Origin: a virus
Reading direction: 5' to 3' (one strand)
DNA length: 64,000 nucleotides
IMG/VR virus record: IMGVR_UViG_3300009709_000022
Span: 32,525 to 96,524 of that record
The first letter of the stretch is position 1, and the number at the start of each line of letters is the position of its first letter. The notes beneath the pieces are model-generated. The model made no database searches. It was not told where the DNA came from and worked only from the letters and a program-made list of their open reading frames with translations. Shown here in pieces: positions 62,501-64,000 of this stretch. The position numbers and the translations under genes are program-made.

Positions 62501-63128
62501 CACCGTGTTCGAAGGCTTGAAAGAGGGTGGCATTAAGGGTTGGAGCAACAAGGAATACAAGGCAGTAGGCCGCTGGCTGGTGAGCTTCGGAGCCGCTGGT
62601 CTAGGTCTTCGCATGATGCAGGTTGGCGTTCAGTCGATCGCAAATCCGGAAGCGGCAGAAGAAGAAAAGCGGAGACTGCGCGATTCACTGCATGATCCCA
62701 AGTCAGCTCTCTTCATGGAGCTTGGCAATGTCTCTTACGGCATGGGCATCTACCCGCTCAAGGTGCTCTTTGACCGCTTGGGCACGAACGATCCGAAAGA
62801 CTTGAAGAAGATGCAGCAGCAGCACCGCCTGCAGAACGCTGTGGAACGTTCTACGGGTGGAATTCTGGCTGAAGACTTTGACCATGCCGTGCGTGGCTTG
62901 ATTGATTGGGTTGAGACGTTCGGCGACGATGGCGTGAAGCACCAGAAGAGCGGAAGCGAACGCCGCAGCGACATCATCAAGAGAGTGATGCAGCAAGAGT
63001 TCGCACCATTGAGATTGCTGAAGGGGGCTGCGAATGCGGTATCGGGTAGTGATAAGCCGGTGGGCGGTACCGACGGACTCGTGCTAAAGCGGCGGGCACG
63101 CAAACCAAGGCAGACAGTCTTGCGGTAG
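53598..63128 (+). CDS. Giant polyvalent virion protein (ddrB-like ParB domain, HExxH peptidase-like domain, Strawberry-notch-like SF2 helicase)
   Basis: HYAVVSADDLITSH...GPPVV...VLSGNGR (~56.2-56.7 kb); STFLHETAH (57900); APTGSGKT, IFDESA, VSATP, GVSFHD, LPWS...QSLGRTWR (~59.2-60.4 kb). Confidence 0.85.
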   Translation: MPKNDQFATPDALASAVQEKYPEYAKVPKIDLAKKVLEKYPEYWGHVDKTTFNAAGIAQSATSANGQTGQQHEQPKPAYNYGSAKAYDPSWWERTKNVFRAGAGEGAEDAAQAGSGGSKLEQLRAFANHPLAAFEQMFSPNPDTAMGRYARGAAKAASGMTSPFQLATMAVPATKLKTVGEVMHAVGSAMLPTVLTGTADSIKQIKAAKESGDVQAEDQAWGEMAGNLAMIVVPHGIGMATERIGHSELNVESQDRYKQPFRKLTDEQKTNVLYSAAEKANPKLAERVEKEFQRINSKKVPGEGGRTVAEVRQANADDAVKESQEQAARREAFNAIISQELQRARQAEAHKQNQLKTEQNIRSQREAQLSAQREAVAAKARADAERARVEGKSVAEQRGFTVDDQRHTQLGLQRENDLAARAAAPSAPPPDTAEGKIAPERVQEKLDAYRERNPGAQIDAPPTAPADRTPVRVQRASELERPVQEFAEKQHGASFSSLPLAQQEEVASHFMRNEPEKWDAFKGTQAFDAYRRHADAVDNATPAMTRWAQRGNATGDELSPDADVMSGVARVVSARTDVDATLKSKPETYQAINQYAEHTYGKSYDSLDPEQKPTALAGFLRTNPDQVGNFVTPEIAGAIQDGQHIDLANMEANLADRQQVQMLMAHREATRAAMDHEISGVAVDEARANLREQTRRIVRLSPSMETEAGNRIAEAASGITRLADRITIDGVKASGDLFHVERAIRQIPERDRSSDMGEFLRQMRNMRLEAEGQALREYREELVRQLRSDAPAARERAAREVVNFEDQRHVMNRMADAMDGEFSTPEQKADAAELRETSDFLHRQEDAVVAAVEEQRSGRPAREVNSKMPVSLGRETRVKLNSGEEVPVHYAVVSADDLITSHQSTNNYQVDQRFPQSAQPRDYLNEPELQTAVEQRANNLDAGDLLAENVRPIEGPPVVLPDGVVLSGNGRTQSIKLAQKRGVYDRVYAALVQRAEQFGIDKTAVVGVKNPVLVRLMDRNVTDTSDLVRYGLEMNRDSSQGMSSAEQSAALSRLLTPSVVERMAGIFSSVSGDASLRSAMRLRARDIGDVLRDAGIVDETKRAAYFTEDGDLTERAKELVEDALAGLTVTNPNTIRRASNSVKDKLGRVGMDFVKMRSAGEEWNLASYNTDAAELLHRAEEQSTYLRRMEGRDVTGDAGHGSESLIERMLHPERYRLSNLEIGFDGQSTHAPVHPAVEAMAMLMEESPRQYAGGVGDYADAAIQGGATMFGAMHPADVFTDKIASRYGLRVIPEEWGMVGGLPDSVKAEIEESRGPMPVEPSVHAENVVADVQPDPAPAVDAMKTRDVRNVSELRRKLANMPNITEEQAQALSDFAEHVLPRAMGESLNDLLGNYRLRFMFGGKEGGARGYTEFVNDSQAVIRLMDSADPSTFLHETAHFLRKMLSSSDQEVVNEFVGARHGEEWSTEQEEKFAQAFERYHWDGGRRRGKLDKVFAVLHKAMQSVYDMARGMGLAKGTDKLNAMFDNWYDWTRKERQPITERNDLAKIEEATKGGTVTIPEDAEMIDGTPRLERGARAFVFSNEREANDFIDRNSKVIRTYQIYKAPGSDATYVKANAVGKRLYQAAVGSVSELARQARDIEERLKSVTDPREEAALRAKLNGIDNKLGTSTFVFGRQPLGGERSTVDLAYGISEMPHLSEPTTPAQAAMVRQVYADPSEFEVGGRNGRTEPELRNVPDETAREAESDRVAELPEPTGASDGRDEATGRVVQGRGGTRRGGAEALARPESNPLAKMPAATLKMPSRPRGTPVVDADAWRGYADALGLPQGTPPPTVRLPEDLREMMIYPGQPEAIEVALSGLQQYDAVVVAAPTGSGKTYMSLAIADQLLGTEGNKVGLIITRARNLISDSDGYIDVGNRLGVTVEHLPNDLSDIQGGGVYADTYAGTRGDKDILGIPWDFVIFDESAEGRNWMDSEQGKSVVALGHAAKKAVYVSATPFHTAVETGYMHKLGLWPEGGFFEWARQFGVVETGPNSYTGGYAPKKLMKLRQQLIERGQWVSLDRDLDGVSAHVGMVPQTEEVKNNIKKIREVFSMASRIFKEQGKSSMARAAQAQEVIYLKRYIESARLSHALDLAEQSVKEGWNPIIYSEYRSGSDEGMKFFKNLPAGMDTHLNAMLPPLPDVVAAVRERLGENVSIFAGQANELRSEEREQFMRGQKRAAYATYAAGGVGVSFHDKFGDRPRRGIYLGLPWSGIMFEQSLGRTWRYGVRSDVSNVFLTSDTLPEMKVLATKILPRMRALNAAVYGEVNETALAKQLRESVGLAEEAIDYEMGNEAAPEAAQFEHTPTDHGFTRLEDLDLPKASAAKNRGMKYREQPRRLYQGPADDLFSRDAQPIAEGVFKDLPTFAQRPFRSSFAQIHADIVNEGKQAFMAGEPVKPAMERAARDAKIGLNLALQERALIALHGAKKNMEAVKNFAKEWVYLRHTAGEQTIRKMMADAGYANEGREVQRRLIERSHLKANFQGDLLARVADVLGTIKDPRQHEQVVRVVEGKAQSSDPAINEAAQKYRDFFAHVRRTLADAGASMKFYGEDGKEVVLPYSKIQDDPNYWPHVYDWNKPLLLNGEVTTLGELHDMPSTDERRASLIKAYANKRGISVLDADRFFSKNRRGVRLAGNLEKGRRANIPDYDTTQRALSVYVNQVSDMLANLHSIGQEREKINPLIYQLPLDTQRVVNSVVTADLNPQSIGEGNKRALRLASQWTVLSKMGLSALKLPFHMAKSSLVTNTRSLVGGLLGLATSPKEMVGMARDAGVLTDYVREAMMMEYGLHSGGLDQKMLTATGFTLGVYLSRVTAAASGRVFLERYAVPELQKNPEDQALRRKLKDLYAFSDDDLSRMAQKGYNVDDVKRAMVAAADWTTGSGRPSELPPVVRYVEDHPISKHFNSLMRLTWQLKTFEFKTANLVNRTVFEGLKEGGIKGWSNKEYKAVGRWLVSFGAAGLGLRMMQVGVQSIANPEAAEEEKRRLRDSLHDPKSALFMELGNVSYGMGIYPLKVLFDRLGTNDPKDLKKMQQQHRLQNAVERSTGGILAEDFDHAVRGLIDWVETFGDDGVKHQKSGSERRSDIIKRVMQQEFAPLRLLKGAANAVSGSDKPVGGTDGLVLKRRARKPRQTVLR
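58777..58977 (+). CDS. Candidate nested +1-frame small gene (66 aa) inside the giant ORF
   Basis: GGAGG-5nt-ATG; MAARSQNYETYLMKLLGKPNLTELRNFLNQ...WYRDVEALVEEERKLL. Confidence 0.55.
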   Translation: MAARSQNYETYLMKLLGKPNLTELRNFLNQPERPTGGTRPPDGWYRDVEALVEEERKLLQDQNPTP

Positions 63129-63137
63129 GAGGGGGAT

Positions 63138-63308
63138 ATGCCATTCAAGAGCGAGGCGCAAAGGCGCTTCATGTACGCCGCAGAGAAGCGGGGAGACGTG
63201 AAGAAAGGCACCGCGAAGCGATGGCAGCGGCATACCCCAAAGGGACGCAAACTTCCCAAACGTGTGAAGCGGCGCAAGGGCGGCCGCAGCACAAATCGTA
63301 AGCGGTAG
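63138..63308 (+). CDS. Small basic phage protein (MPFKSEAQRR family)
   Basis: Manually translated 56 aa; GGAGG RBS. Confidence 0.75.
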   Translation: MPFKSEAQRRFMYAAEKRGDVKKGTAKRWQRHTPKGRKLPKRVKRRKGGRSTNRKR

Positions 63309-63338
63309 AACGCATCACAATTCACAGCGAGGTCTCAC

Positions 63339-63497
63339 ATGCTCATCGTCGTCATTCTCATTCTGTTGCTTTTTGGTGGTGGTCCAGCGTGGTACGGCAA
63401 TCGTGCCGGCTGGGGATATGGTGCCAGCTTTGGTCCGATTGGCTTCCTACTCCTTTTACTGCTGGTGCTGTATATTTTCGGCGGTCTTCGTTTTTAG
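63339..63497 (+). CDS. DUF3309-like small membrane protein
   Basis: MLIVVILILLLFGGGPAW...WGYG...GFLLLLLLVLYIFG. Confidence 0.7.
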   Translation: MLIVVILILLLFGGGPAWYGNRAGWGYGASFGPIGFLLLLLLVLYIFGGLRF

Positions 63498-63498
63498 C

Positions 63499-63528
63499 TT
63501 GACGCCAACTCTGGTCTGGAGATAGATT
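63499..63528 (+). promoter_or_regulatory. sigma70-like promoter of tRNA array
   Basis: TTGACG-18-TAGATT; predicted +1 at 63535. Confidence 0.7.
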
Positions 63529-63534
63529 CATCAC

Positions 63535-63609
63535 ATGAAGTTGTTACTCAGTTCGTCACTCTATCTGTCCTCGTATAGCGGGGCGTGGGATCGTGCGCGA
63601 CTGAGTTAG
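63535..63609 (+). CDS. Attenuator leader peptide MKLLLSSSLYLSSYSGAWDRARLS
   Basis: ATG at predicted TSS; codons 3-15 encode only Leu/Ser/Tyr; overlaps antiterminator arm. Confidence 0.75.
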   Translation: MKLLLSSSLYLSSYSGAWDRARLS

Positions 63610-63633
63610 CTCTTGACCAGTGACAGCGGTACG

Positions 63634-63667
63634 AAACCCTCGCCTAACCGGCGGGGGTTTTTGCTTT
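63634..63667 (+). terminator. Intrinsic terminator (attenuator) directly before first tRNA
   Basis: AAACCCTCGCC-TAACC-GGCGGGGGTTT then TTGCTTT. Confidence 0.85.
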
Positions 63668-63744
63668 GCGGCTGTAGGCAAATTGGCAAAGCCGCTTCCC
63701 TTAAAGCGAAGTGTGTGTGGGTTCGACGCCCACCGGCCGCACCA
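63668..63744 (+). tRNA. tRNA-Leu(UAA), short variable loop
   Basis: Acceptor GCGGCTG/CGGCCGC, anticodon TAA 63702-63704, TTCGA loop, A73-CCA; 5-nt variable region. Confidence 0.85.
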
Positions 63745-63766
63745 GTTCTTTGAATGTTTGATATGT

Positions 63767-63849
63767 GGGGGCGTGGTGAAATGGCAGACACGCTTGTCTT
63801 AGGAACAAGTGCCTTGTGCGTGAGAGTTCGAGTCTCTCCGCCCCCACCA
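63767..63849 (+). tRNA. tRNA-Leu(UAG)
   Basis: GGGGGCG/CGCCCCC, anticodon TAG 63800-63802, extended variable arm, ACCA. Confidence 0.95.
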
Positions 63850-63856
63850 AAGTTTA

Positions 63857-63942
63857 GCCGGCCTGGCGGAATCAGGCAGACGCGCTGCATTCAAAACGCA
63901 GTGTCCTCGGACGTGCGGGTTCGATCCCCGCGGCCGGCACCA
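63857..63942 (+). tRNA. tRNA-Leu(CAA)
   Basis: GCCGGCC/GGCCGGC, anticodon CAA 63892-63894, long variable arm, ACCA. Confidence 0.95.
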
Positions 63943-63946
63943 AGAT

Positions 63947-64000
63947 AGTGAGTTGGGGGAGATGGATTAACCCAGCGTCCTGCTAAGACGCCATGCCTGC
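63947..64000 (+). tRNA. tRNA-Ser(GCU), truncated by window end
   Basis: D-arm GGG/CCC, anticodon stem GCGTC/GACGC around CT-GCT-AA. Confidence 0.8.

Larger units (their letters stand above)
1..64000. mobile_element. Tailed phage / prophage genome segment (podovirus-like Caudoviricetes)
   Basis: TerS-TerL-portal-scaffold-MCP-adaptor-tail-GNAT-ejection gene order, no tape measure or sheath gene recognised, dense small accessory ORFs, tRNA array; no host housekeeping genes seen. Confidence 0.95.

Noticed and set aside
63695-63711. First tRNA read as an ochre suppressor (anticodon UUA)
   Set aside because: The stem CTTC/GAAG centres the loop on TAA with U33 before it, giving Leu(UAA); long ORFs end normally at all three stop codons, so there is no sign of recoding.
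63606-63948. ORFs overlapping the tRNA array
   Set aside because: The sequence is fully explained by the terminator and tRNA cloverleaves.
63668-64000. tRNAs as host attachment site or prophage boundary
   Set aside because: No integrase or duplicated tRNA 3' end seen; tight array with its own promoter and atypical tRNAs fits phage origin, though this cannot be fully excluded without flanking sequence.
1-64000. DGR, retron or intron-encoded reverse transcriptase
   Set aside because: No RT-like ORF or template/variable repeat pair recognised.

Overview
The whole window looks like part of a GC-rich tailed dsDNA phage or prophage genome with podovirus-like (P22/T7-style) gene order. The host may be an Acidobacteriota bacterium, but that is a weak inference. 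1-20.2 kb is a leftward block of small accessory genes with three orphan DNA methyltransferases and HNH, ASCH and AP2 proteins. A divergence point with sharp strand-composition inversion and operator palindromes lies at about 20.2-21.0 kb. 21-29.2 kb is a rightward accessory block (ASCH-like, Gp37/Gp68, MmcB-like, XRE HTH). 29.7-30.3 kb is a non-coding island with DnaA-box-like sites and a ~350-nt structured RNA candidate. 30.3-63.1 kb is the virion module: TerS, TerL, portal, scaffold, major capsid, adaptors, tail proteins, GNAT, ejection proteins and a 3176-aa polyvalent protein. The window ends in a tRNA array (Leu-UAA, Leu-UAG, Leu-CAA, partial Ser-GCU). The top finding is upstream of that array: a sigma70-like promoter, an apparently leaderless 24-codon ORF whose codons 3-15 encode only Leu/Ser/Tyr (the bacterial long-variable-arm, class II tRNA amino acids), and mutually exclusive protector, antiterminator and terminator helices. 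This looks like a ribosome-stalling attenuator that would induce phage Leu/Ser tRNAs when host class II tRNAs run out. The first tRNA-Leu also lacks the long variable arm. No integrase, DNA polymerase, clear endolysin or CRISPR array was recognised. All family calls come from motif recognition by eye, not database searches.
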